45,251 nt of DNA, from contig JBGTLS010000079.1 of NCBI GenBank assembly GCA_041744015.1, positions 1 to 45,251 on the forward strand, written 5' to 3'. The translations under genes and the position numbers were made by a program. Below, one piece after another: positions 1 to 8,717 of this stretch. This stretch comes from Cryomorpha sp. GTDB taxonomy: Bacteria > Bacteroidota > Bacteroidia > Flavobacteriales_D > Cryomorphaceae. The notes below the pieces were generated by a model. It saw only the letters and a list, made by a program, of their open reading frames with translations, had not been told where the DNA came from and searched no databases. The stretch's first letter is position 1. Every line of letters begins with the position of its first letter.

Positions 1-22
1 TAAAACGTTATCAGAGTGGTAT

Positions 23-865
23 TTAATAATATTCACATAGGGGTGATTGTTCCTTTTTTTCATTTCCAATATCACTTACGATGCTTTGGAGGTATATTAG
101 AATTGAGGGATCAGATGTTGATATGGTAACTTCTGTCGTTAATGGACCATAGCTCCTAAAAGAGAGAAATGCCGAATTGTCATCATCGAACATCCAAAAA
201 AATAAAGGAAGTGATTCTTCAAGCTCACTAACTTCCGTCAATTCAAACTTGTTGCCTAGTTCATTGCATAACTGAGTAAGCAGGCTTTTATTCTTTTCTT
301 CAATAAGGGTAAATAAACGATTAAAGGTACGAATTTTGTTTAGGCTATCAGGGTTGAATGCAATTACTTTACTCTGCCATGTGGTGATGTCCGATTTCAA
401 AGGAATATAATTGTCAAAGGCAATAGTATCCATTTCCAGGTCTAATGCTATATTAAACTGTTTCCTTAATTCTTGTCTTCTCCTATCTTCATCATAACAA
501 ATTATTTTCAATTTTTTGAAGTTGGCAAATTCAGTAGAGCTTATTTTGCTCATTAATTGAATATAATAATTTGTGTACTGACTTGGATTTGAGAAACACC
601 CATAAGCTGGCTGATCTACGACTATTGTAATTTGTTTTTTGGCGTTTTCAATGCGCTCAACAATTTTTTCCATCTGTAAGGGGAAGTATCCCACAAATTG
701 AGTACTAATTTTTTCAACTATTCCTTGAGATATTCTATTGGTATCATAATTGTCCCACACCGCAAACGCTAAACCACAAATGGCCAAACCAGGCAAAATT
801 AGTTTAACAATTCGATACCATAATCTTTGTTCAAAACGATCAATCCAGTTTTCAGTTTCGGCCAT
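23..865 (-). CDS. Membrane-anchored hypothetical protein (one N-terminal TM helix plus a soluble alpha/beta-looking domain)
   Basis: 280-aa ORF with ATG at 865. IVKLILPGLAICGLAFAVW forms one hydrophobic helix. The rest alternates beta-like runs (ITIVVD, LKIICYDED, LFFWMFDDD) with helices. There is no histidine anywhere, so no HKD motif. No family recognised by eye. Confidence 0.6.
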   Translation of the reverse strand: MAETENWIDRFEQRLWYRIVKLILPGLAICGLAFAVWDNYDTNRISQGIVEKISTQFVGYFPLQMEKIVERIENAKKQITIVVDQPAYGCFSNPSQYTNYYIQLMSKISSTEFANFKKLKIICYDEDRRRQELRKQFNIALDLEMDTIAFDNYIPLKSDITTWQSKVIAFNPDSLNKIRTFNRLFTLIEEKNKSLLTQLCNELGNKFELTEVSELEESLPLFFWMFDDDNSAFLSFRSYGPLTTEVTISTSDPSILIYLQSIVSDIGNEKKEQSPLCEYY

Positions 866-1040
866 ATTGTTCAGGCTAAATTACAATACAATAAATAACA
901 TTTATAAAAGGGCATAAACCTTGTGAAAATTTTTTGATTAGTTGACCGATTGTAAATCAATTCTTTCAAAAAATGAGACGAGTGAATTAATATTAAGTTC
1001 CTTTTATTTCTCCACTTCCTGGCACGAGCGACTGCCGTTT

Positions 1041-1415
1041 TCATAATGCTAATAATTCATCAAAAATTGATAAAAAGTACCTTTTCTTCTCCTCATCCGT
1101 AAATCCCTGTCCAAGGTTTTCAACTAAATCAATTCTTGCCAGGATTGATAAATATGCTTGACGCATCTGACGTTGAAAAATCCACCTTGCTCCCCAATTT
1201 AGAGAACGATCAATTGCAATCACAATTGCTGCTAATGCCGATAGAATTTTGGCTAAATCTTGGTGATAGTCAACCATAAATGATGCACCAGCAGATAAAA
1301 TTATGGCAATAATTACAGATGCATTATACAAAAAAGAGTCCCACTTTTGATGAGTCGAATGTTCTTTTACACTTTCGATAATCTGTCTTTTTAAGTCTTT
1401 TAAATCGATTGCCAT
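1041..1415 (-). CDS. Small 2-TM protein, SLATT/DUF4231-like layout
   Basis: 124-aa ORF with ATG at 1415. Two hydrophobic helices (SVIIAIILSAGASFMV, ILSALAAIVIAI) are followed by a W/R-rich amphipathic segment, NWGARWIFQRQMRQAYL. Assigned by eye only. Confidence 0.5.
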   Translation of the reverse strand: MAIDLKDLKRQIIESVKEHSTHQKWDSFLYNASVIIAIILSAGASFMVDYHQDLAKILSALAAIVIAIDRSLNWGARWIFQRQMRQAYLSILARIDLVENLGQGFTDEEKKRYFLSIFDELLAL

Positions 1416-1598
1416 AATTTGAAATATTTATCAGGATGGTTTGCATGATAATTTCTGTTATCGTCAATAAATCTCTTTTAAAACACATCAATTTGCGCTT
1501 ACTTCCCATCTGAAAATTATACGCACTGAAACAATCTTAGGTAAGATCGTCTTTGTGGGATATCTTCTACATCCAAATATAATAGAAATCCCATTCAA

Positions 1599-1787
1599 TC
1601 AGCCATCTACCGGAAAATATTTCCTGCTGTCCCACTTTACCGCGTATTGACTGTTGTCCATGTTCCCCGGATGCCTTTCAAAAGCACCTAATCCTTCCAT
1701 CATCCTACGGATGAGCTTAATGACACCTTCTCTCTTCATTGAAACTCCGGAAATGATCCTGACCTTGTATATGTCATTTACATCCAC
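1599..1787 (-). CDS. Possible small ORF or gene fragment (62 aa, GTG start)
   Basis: Open frame only. It starts inside repeat copy A. No recognisable motif. Confidence 0.2.
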   Translation of the reverse strand: MDVNDIYKVRIISGVSMKREGVIKLIRRMMEGLGAFERHPGNMDNSQYAVKWDSRKYFPVDG

Positions 1788-1790
1788 TCT

Positions 1791-1846
1791 GTAGTCTCCC
1801 TGGCGGGGAAGTTATCCTCATACGTCCGGATGATCTTTGGTTTTAA
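1791..1846. repeat. Copy A of a ~57-bp direct repeat (degenerate hairpins)
   Basis: gtagtctccctggcggggaagttatcctcatacgtccggatgatctttggttttaa aligns with 5950-6007 at about four-fifths identity by my count. Confidence 0.7.
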
Positions 1847-1856
1847 CTTTTATATC

Positions 1857-2342
1857 TTATCGGTATTTGGCCAATATACTTTTTTCATATTCTTCCCTGT
1901 CTACAACCTGAATTTTGAAAGCATCACGGGATGGTCCAATAAGTCCTGTGAGTTGGCATGTATGATTATTTCCTTCACTGTCTGTGCACCCTCCACTGCA
2001 ACTGGCATTCTCAGGACTGTCATTCTCGGTTACGCAATTATCAATGGTAGCACCCGAACATCCGCATGACATATATCCGCCGATTGTCCCATCATCGCGC
2101 AATAGGATAAATCCATTGTTCTCTCCATTGGCACCTTTGATATTCTTTATTTTAGCACCGGGACTTAGTTTTAATTCTGTGGGAGATATTATTTCATAAT
2201 CCGGAGTTTTAGTGCCCACTTCCAGTGGCACCATATACATTACAGCAAGGGCAGGTTCCGATTGATTATTACAATTGCTGAATAGTACGCCAATGATCAA
2301 AAATATTCCAATTGTCTTCGGGTTGATTTGGTTAGGTCGCAT
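1857..2342 (-). CDS. Cys-rich lipoprotein, function unknown
   Basis: 161 aa with ATG at 2342. Signal peptide with lipobox-like LFSNC. The mature part has multiple Cys (CGCSG, CSGGC). Confidence 0.6.
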   Translation of the reverse strand: MRPNQINPKTIGIFLIIGVLFSNCNNQSEPALAVMYMVPLEVGTKTPDYEIISPTELKLSPGAKIKNIKGANGENNGFILLRDDGTIGGYMSCGCSGATIDNCVTENDSPENASCSGGCTDSEGNNHTCQLTGLIGPSRDAFKIQVVDREEYEKSILAKYR

Positions 2343-2359
2343 TTTATTGTTGTCAGTGA

Positions 2360-2581
2360 TTATAGTGTTGACTCCGCACTTTTAATTATCCTGAGGTTTA
2401 TTTCATAGTCAATAATCCGGTTTACTATATTTTGTGGTGAGAGCCAATCTTGTGCAGACACTTTGAATCTCAAATATTCCGGGAATAAAGAAAAACGAAC
2501 ATTTAATATCCCATCATACCTCCGCCCATCCCATTCATAAAGGAACAGACATTTCTCTTCATTCCACGAGAAGAAAAACAC
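2360..2581 (-). CDS. Small hypothetical protein (73 aa, GTG start)
   Basis: Open frame directly upstream of the lipoprotein gene. No motif. Confidence 0.3.
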   Translation of the reverse strand: MFFFSWNEEKCLFLYEWDGRRYDGILNVRFSLFPEYLRFKVSAQDWLSPQNIVNRIIDYEINLRIIKSAESTL

Positions 2582-3342
2582 CCTTTCTTTCCCGTTTTTT
2601 CACCCAAATGAAGTCGCTATATTCAATGATTCAACCGGAGTTTTTATTTTGGTTTCGCTAATCAGAATAAAAAATCTATGGACATAGAAAATGTCGATGC
2701 CGCAATTGAGGATTACTTAAAAACCCATGTGTATTACGGACTGAAGAATCTGAATACCGGGTTTGAGGTGCAATCCATCAATTATTTCTCTGAAGCTGTA
2801 CCGCAGCCCTTCATTTTCTTCAAACCTTCATGTCCTCAAGTTGAAAAAAGAAGCTGCGCAGCAGCGAACCCGCATCACCCATTCCAACCCAGAAAAACAC
2901 ACATTCATCCTCCCTCACTTCCCAACTCAAACCCTCCATTTTATTTTGTCCCTGTGAACCAAAACAGAAGGACATGCCAAAACCTTTCAATCGTGAGACA
3001 CTTTACCGGCGCCTCGTACACCAACGCAAAGCGGATGAGATTTTAGCGCGGTAAAACTTACGAACCCGGCTTCCACACCCTGCGATGGGAATCACCTCGG
3101 TAGTTTCGCCCATTGGGCGGGAGATTTGTATGCAAATGTGGTGGTGGTGATCGCCGATTTCAGAAGTCGGGACAGCTTCGGGCGGGATCAGGGGAGGTCC
3201 GTACTAAAGCCAGCCGTTGTGCGAGACCCTCACACGAGAAAGTATTCTTGTTTTCGTAAACCCTCTGTTACAAGCATACCATACCTATAAATTCACTTAC
3301 TATCTTGAATTTATCAATTTTATGTTTTGTCAGATATTGATA

Positions 3343-3870
3343 CTATTCCAATTCCTTCTTGCCAATATCAAAGCCCAGCTCTCTGAAATTTGGCTGTCCT
3401 TCAAGCTTTTCTATTAGATTTAAAAATCTAGGCCATCTTTTTGGTTCATCTTCTAATAGTTTTTTTCTAATCTCTGGATGAGTACTTATGGGTTTTAAAC
3501 GATGACTGAAATTATTATCAATTTCTTCTATGCTAATAATATTGTCTACATACCACGTATCTAATTGCTCAAGAAGTCCCATATATCTTTCTAATTGATA
3601 CCATTCCAGATAATCTACTGGGCCTGAGCTATCCGTCCACCACCATTCACCATGTTCAATCAACTTAAGTTGAATTGTATCGTATTTATTCAGAGTGTTA
3701 GCGAACTCTATCATGAATTGCGACTTAGCAATCTGCCTTCCCAATTTAATTTGCTGTGCTGAGTAAAATAAAGCGGCAGCCGCTAAAATTAAACCCAATG
3801 CTGATATTAAACTCGACACTTCTGTCCAGTTAATCTTCAATTCTCCTTTTGTTGTATTATACTCGGACAT
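3343..3870 (-). CDS. Single-TM protein with DUF4760-like layout
   Basis: ATG at 3870 (the track uses TTG at 3891). TM helix SLISALGLILAAAALFY, then a helical domain with LERYMGLLEQLDTWYVDNIISIEEID. This resembles DUF4760 family members as I recall them. Confidence 0.55.
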   Translation of the reverse strand: MSEYNTTKGELKINWTEVSSLISALGLILAAAALFYSAQQIKLGRQIAKSQFMIEFANTLNKYDTIQLKLIEHGEWWWTDSSGPVDYLEWYQLERYMGLLEQLDTWYVDNIISIEEIDNNFSHRLKPISTHPEIRKKLLEDEPKRWPRFLNLIEKLEGQPNFRELGFDIGKKELE

Positions 3871-4135
3871 GAAATTGGTATTTATGTTCAATCACTAAGA
3901 TAATAACTTTGGTGTTTATTTTTCGGATGCTTGTAAAATCAGTATATCCGTTTCCTCCCTCATAACTCTAATGCAGGTATATCAATTATAAGAGGTAAAA
4001 CCGTCAGAAAATTCAGATCTGTTGCTTGTATATTACTTATGCTCGTGATCCGGATGTAGCGTTTCCAAATGTAAAAGAATCATCCAGTCAATCCAATACC
4101 CTGCTTAAAGTTTTGTTTTTCACTTAGAAGGTCTG

Positions 4136-4771
4136 CTAAACCTGACGCTCTTCACCCCAAAATCCTCTCCCTCCACAACATATCCTCAATTCATGTCCTT
4201 CCCGTACCTCTCTGCTCTCCCCATTTCTCACCCCCTCTTTCAACACCTGGCCTATTTTCTTTTTGTTCTGGGGTGTACACGGTGCCGGTGCATTGTCCTT
4301 GATGATCCGCTTCAGCACATCCAATCTCCTTTCCGATTTGACCAGAAAAGAACCATAGGGTAAAAACTCAATGTCTTTAAACACACAATCCCCATAAAAG
4401 ACCACCACGGAAAAAATGGGAAAGGTGGCATCTCCCAATTGTTTTCGCAGGGCTCGGATATGCCTTTTGTTTTGCAGGATCGGATTGTAAAGCCGGTATT
4501 TCTCTTTTCCATAATTCAAGACCTGTGTCCATTTGGGCTGAAATCCTGTTCCGAAAATCCAACCGCTGTATTCTTTCACCTCAAATACAACCAAACCGGC
4601 CTTTGTGGCCAGTACCACATCGATCTGTGAATACCTATTCTTGCCCTTGCTTAAATACAAATCGTGGAAAATCGTTTGAACCGGGTATCTGGCTTTGAGG
4701 ATTTTGGATACGAGTTTTCTTTCTGTTTTTGTGCCTCGGGTTCGGTTGGACATCATTCTGAATAATTTCAT
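4136..4771 (-). CDS. NERD (nuclease-related domain) protein
   Basis: The 211-aa ORF has a NERD-like core: ERKLVSKIL, QIDVVLATKAGLVVFEVKEYSGWIFG, WTQ and YNPILQNKRHIRAL. A TM-helix ORF lies upstream in the +1 frame (see findings). Confidence 0.7.
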   Translation of the reverse strand: MKLFRMMSNRTRGTKTERKLVSKILKARYPVQTIFHDLYLSKGKNRYSQIDVVLATKAGLVVFEVKEYSGWIFGTGFQPKWTQVLNYGKEKYRLYNPILQNKRHIRALRKQLGDATFPIFSVVVFYGDCVFKDIEFLPYGSFLVKSERRLDVLKRIIKDNAPAPCTPQNKKKIGQVLKEGVRNGESREVREGHELRICCGGRGFWGEERQV

Positions 4772-4954
4772 GGCTCTTATCCAACGGTATAAGGAAAAAA
4801 CAAATGATGAGAATTGCGGTGAAGAGCAAATACATGAGGCGTATATTCCTGGGAGATCAAGATAAGGAATAGAATGTTCTGGGCGCTTTGGTCAGGTCAT
4901 TCTGGTTTATTCTACTAGTCGCTTCCTCTCGAAAATTTCAAGGTTTGATTTCCA

Positions 4955-5605
4955 TCAGCCGTTCAGTTGGATTTTGTCTTTGACCAACGTTTCACCTTTT
5001 ATTAACCAAGAAAAACCAAAGCTTACAACAGCCAGAGCTTCCATCCAAAAAGTTAATTTGTAATGATTATATGTTTCCTCATGGATAATTTCACGCGCCC
5101 CACCGAAATATATTACTGCCATCGCCCCAAGCATTATTACGGCACAGGTTCTATATATCCTATTTCTTATTTTTTTCATTTTACCTCGTTCTTCTTTTGT
5201 TTTGTCCGACTTTGTGAAAAGACACAGTGACATATAAGTCAAACACAACAAAAATATTGCTGCTGAAATGTAATGAAAAGTCTCTTGCAATTCATTTGGT
5301 TTTAAAACTGTAACAGCAATTTCTTTTATTTCGTCGGATTTAACTGAAATATTACTCGTAGGAAATAAAATTACGCCCAATGCTGCGATTCCAGCTGTAA
5401 GAGATACATAAAAATCTATTGGTTCTTTTCCTTTATAAATGATCAGAAAGACGGCCAAAATGCTCATAATTCCAATAAAAACTGCGGATACTCTTGTGAA
5501 GTAATAATGACTAATTGATTCTAACGGGTCCGCATATTGTGCAAAGATTTGTAATGATAAGACAAGAAGAAACGGCAATGACATTCCAAGAACGCCTATT
5601 GTCAT
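4955..5605 (-). CDS. Multi-pass integral membrane protein (about 6 TM)
   Basis: 216 aa with ATG at 5605. Six hydrophobic segments. No family recognised with confidence. Confidence 0.6.
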   Translation of the reverse strand: MTIGVLGMSLPFLLVLSLQIFAQYADPLESISHYYFTRVSAVFIGIMSILAVFLIIYKGKEPIDFYVSLTAGIAALGVILFPTSNISVKSDEIKEIAVTVLKPNELQETFHYISAAIFLLCLTYMSLCLFTKSDKTKEERGKMKKIRNRIYRTCAVIMLGAMAVIYFGGAREIIHEETYNHYKLTFWMEALAVVSFGFSWLIKGETLVKDKIQLNG

Positions 5606-5949
5606 TCTTAAGGTAAGGTATGACCATTGGTTAACCAGATAGTATTTTCTTCGCTAAAATCAGGCTTAAAGGAACTAGATCCTGATGATAATTTTGGTTT
5701 TTTCATTTTTGGGACATGAAGAATGAATCAATACCATCAAATATACCAGTAATACCTTTATGTCAATAGTTTACATAAAATTTTTTTCTTGGTTCATTCC
5801 TGCGAATTTCCTGGATATTTTTACCGTCGACTCTCTGCGCAATTTCACTACAGCCCAAATTTCTCCGGATTACTCCTTCCTTACCCGTCTACCAAATTCA
5901 AAAATCAAAATTCATCCTTACCTTGCATAACTTATTCACTACCCGCCCG

Positions 5950-6007
5950 GTAGTCTCACGGGCGGGGGAAGCCATCCGGATACGTCCGGATGGTTTCTTG
6001 ATTTTAA
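5950..6007. repeat. Copy B of the ~57-bp direct repeat, with two perfect hairpins
   Basis: First hairpin: cccgccc (5942-5948) pairs with gggcggg (5960-5966). Second hairpin: ccatccgga (5972-5980), loop tacg, tccggatgg (5985-5993). A T-rich tract follows. Confidence 0.7.
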
Positions 6008-6137
6008 ATACCACGACTGGCCTAACGGATAGGGCGCACCAAACTAATTCTTCATTCCGAATCACCCATTTTCAACCAAGAAAATCACCCATTTTTAATC
6101 ACCGCCTTCCAAACTTAAGTACTACTCATACCGCCAA

Positions 6138-6827
6138 TCAATTCACCCCCACCTCCACCATATACCCACAAATAGCCACAAGTTCCTTCCGCGTAATAAA
6201 CCGAATCTTTTTCTTCCGCTCTTTCCTGTGAAACTCCCTTACATGAACATCCAATATTTTCCGCTTCCAGAGCCAAAAGAAAATTTTGGCACCGCACATA
6301 AAGTGATTTGCATTTGAAATTTTCCCTTCTTCTTTCAGTTTGTCACGATGTTCCCCGATCTCCTTATCTGTCAGTTGGTCAAGCGGCAGGTCGTTGGAGT
6401 AAATAAAAATCCGGACCTGATACGTATAATTTCGAATCGTACCAGTGCCATACCCTTTGGATTTTAAGTAATTCCTGAAATCATACATCGCTTATTCTTT
6501 TTCTTCATTGATATCTTCAATGTCACGTACCGCTTTTGTAATAAGATATTCGGTAGGCGCCGGAATACTATAGGCCCCAAAACTTTCGTAAGGCTCCAGG
6601 TCAGAGATGTTAATAACCGCAACTTTTTGAAACACAGCAAACAGATCATGAATACTAAATGAATTCTCTACCAGATACCATCCACAATACGTGCGACTCC
6701 ACAACGCGGATATTTCCAGCGCAATCCTGGACAGTTCTTCATCAGCTTTAAAATACAGAAAAAGACAAATCCAGCCCTCGTGCATCTTTCTGCTTACAGT
6801 GATTACCGGAAGTAAATTCATTTCCAA
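6138..6827 (-). pseudogene. Decayed tyrosine recombinase (integrase) gene: N-terminal parts only
   Basis: ORFs 6492-6827 and 6138-6488 share one frame and are split by an in-frame TAA (6492-6494). The second ORF has a SAM-like N-terminal integrase pattern (FRNYLKSKGYGTGTIRNYTYQVRIF, then IRFITRKELVAI) and stops before any catalytic R/HxxR/Y region. Confidence 0.5.
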
Positions 6828-7167
6828 ACTATTTTATTTTTATGAAAACCATATCGACATTCCGAACTCCGAATTCCCAACTCCCAACTATTTTGTATTC
6901 TTCATTCAACATTCTATCTGAATCTTTGTCCCAAATTGTCAATTTCACATTCGTCTATAATTCCACCTTATGATTTTTCGACCAAGATTTTAACGGTATT
7001 TTCTCCCTCTTGATCCGGAATGGGAATAAACGACCTGTTTTGTCTGTAAGGAACCGCTCCGCAGAAGAACCTTCAATAACACGCTTAGGGAGGGTAAACC
7101 TCCCTTTGGCATGTTTCTGACTTTAGATAAAAATCCGCCTTTATAGAGATTTTCCATACCTATACTT

Positions 7168-7377
7168 TCAACGAATCTGTTCCTTCAGATCATCCACAGG
7201 AATACCTGAATGCCTTGCAAATTCCTCAATTGTAACAAATTGGTGCCTGCTTTTGGATAAAAGCGCTCTGATACTTTTTAGCCTTTTTTGGGCGCTGCGG
7301 AGGGAACATCCGCACAACTTCATAATGTCATGCGATTGCACCACAATCCGTCGGGGTGTGATGTTTTCGGATTTCAT
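7168..7377 (-). CDS. Small helix-turn-helix DNA-binding protein (excisionase/AlpA-like)
   Basis: 69 aa with ATG at 7377. Includes DIMKLCGCSLRSAQKRL and VTIEEFARHSGIPVDDL. It sits next to the integrase remnant. Confidence 0.5.
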   Translation of the reverse strand: MKSENITPRRIVVQSHDIMKLCGCSLRSAQKRLKSIRALLSKSRHQFVTIEEFARHSGIPVDDLKEQIR

Positions 7378-7490
7378 AGCACTAAATTTTATGACATAAC
7401 CAATTTAAAACAATTACAATAAAAAAGCAAATGGTGGCTACCTATTGGGCAGTCTTATACATCCATACGCTGCCCTTTGCTACTCTTGTC

Positions 7491-7663
7491 TATTGCCAGT
7501 TGCATATTTCCAATTGCATATTGCATTTTGCCTATTGCCAACCGAGCGAGGCACGTGCGAACCAAGCGATAGCGATTTCATGAGCACCTTTAAAATCAAA
7601 CCCTTGCGAATAGCTCACCGACCTCAGCTAATTGCCGATTGCCAATTGCCTATTGCCTTTTGC
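7491..7663. repeat. ATTGCC-rich dispersed repeat element, copy 1
   Basis: ATTGCC/ATTGCA runs lie at both ends. The internal strings attgccaaccga (7535-7546) and agctcaccgac (7612-7622) recur in inverted orientation at 40020-40031 and 39999-40009. Confidence 0.6.
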
Positions 7664-7697
7664 TTTTTACCACCAATTCTGACATCTCCCACCCATC

Positions 7698-7730
7698 TCC
7701 CTATCGTGTCCCTATCATGTCCCTATCATA
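7698..7730. repeat. 3 x 11-bp tandem repeat (tccctatcRtR)
   Basis: tccctatcgtg tccctatcatg tccctatcata read directly from the sequence. Confidence 0.8.
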
Positions 7731-7958
7731 CTAAGGTCTGATTAAGGTTCAGACCCGGACGTCCATAAATCACAAAAGGGTCAAAATACGACCATAACGA
7801 CAAAAGCAACCTTAAATACTCTTTAACGCATCGAATTCCATTTGGCGAAAAAAACGCCTTTTGCGAACCAATATATTGTAATTCAAATAATTGCGCCATT
7901 ACTTTACACCATCAGTACAGTGCTGATCTTGAAATAAAAACCCTAAAATTCAAATATA

Positions 7959-8714
7959 ATGGGAACACAAAAAGGACCGCTAAGAATTGAAGGCAATGTG
8001 GGAAACCTCACCTTCTTCAAAAGCGGAGACAGCCACCAGGTTCGGATAAAAACCGGACCCTCGGCTGAGCAAATGCGAACTGGTTCGCAGTTCGCCAGAA
8101 CACGTGAAAACTGGGCCGAATTCGGCCGCGCTGGTAAAGCAGCAAAACTGCTGCGCAGCGCACTGGCTTCACAGGTGAAAAAAGTCAAAGACCGTTTAGG
8201 CTATGCCAGACTGGTTAAATCCATCATGGTAGTAGTTAAATCTGACCCTGCAAGTCCGCGGGGAAAGCGGGTCATTACGCTCGGCGACTTTCAACACCTC
8301 CTCGGATTCGAGTTCAATCAGCGACAACCACTGTCATCAGCGGTTGATGTGCCATACGCTGTCGCAATCGACAAGCCGGCAGGCACATTGAGTATCGCCA
8401 TACCTGAACTTATACCGGGCGAATCAATTTTAGCCCCGGAAGGTACCACCCATATCCGTTTTGTTGCCTCGGCAGCGGAAATCGATTGGGAGAATGGAAC
8501 CTACCAAAGTGACTTCGTTGAAGGAGCAGACCTGGAGTATGGACCACAAACCGAGCCCATCCAGTCGCTCGACCTCACACTACCCGCGGGCAGCACGAAT
8601 ACCTTCGTACTCGCCTTCGGTATCTGGTATTTCCAGGAAGTGAATGGTCAGTTCTACATGCTCAACGACGGGAGCAAAAATGCCATGGCCCTCGTGGGCA
8701 TTGATAACTCATAG
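7959..8714 (+). CDS. Hypothetical protein (251 aa) in a GC-rich module
   Basis: ATG at 7959. Uniform coding-like composition. The stop lies 3 nt before the next gene. No family recognised. Confidence 0.7.
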   Translation: MGTQKGPLRIEGNVGNLTFFKSGDSHQVRIKTGPSAEQMRTGSQFARTRENWAEFGRAGKAAKLLRSALASQVKKVKDRLGYARLVKSIMVVVKSDPASPRGKRVITLGDFQHLLGFEFNQRQPLSSAVDVPYAVAIDKPAGTLSIAIPELIPGESILAPEGTTHIRFVASAAEIDWENGTYQSDFVEGADLEYGPQTEPIQSLDLTLPAGSTNTFVLAFGIWYFQEVNGQFYMLNDGSKNAMALVGIDNS

Positions 8715-8717
8715 GCC

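Noticed and set aside
1324-1509. 61-aa ORF overlapping the 5' end of the SLATT-like gene.
   Set aside because: It is an out-of-frame overlap with a better-supported gene, and its translation is Lys/Arg/Ile-rich as expected of AT-rich DNA.
3040-3240. GC-rich patch considered as RNase P RNA, SRP (4.5S) RNA or tmRNA.
   Set aside because: There are fragments of resemblance: cggtaaaac...acccgg against RNase P, and ggaggtccg against the SRP helix. The defining conserved blocks are absent, namely the GGAA tetraloop region of SRP, the RNase P P4 strands and the tmRNA tRNA-like end. The patch is also too short. It is kept only as an unassigned candidate.
5923-6297. ORFs 5923-6231 (+) and 6115-6297 (-) in the spacer below the integrase remnant.
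   Set aside because: This is C-rich, G-poor low-complexity sequence. The translations are Thr/Pro/Ser-rich or Gly-rich, and the ORFs overlap repeat copy B. I judge it non-coding.
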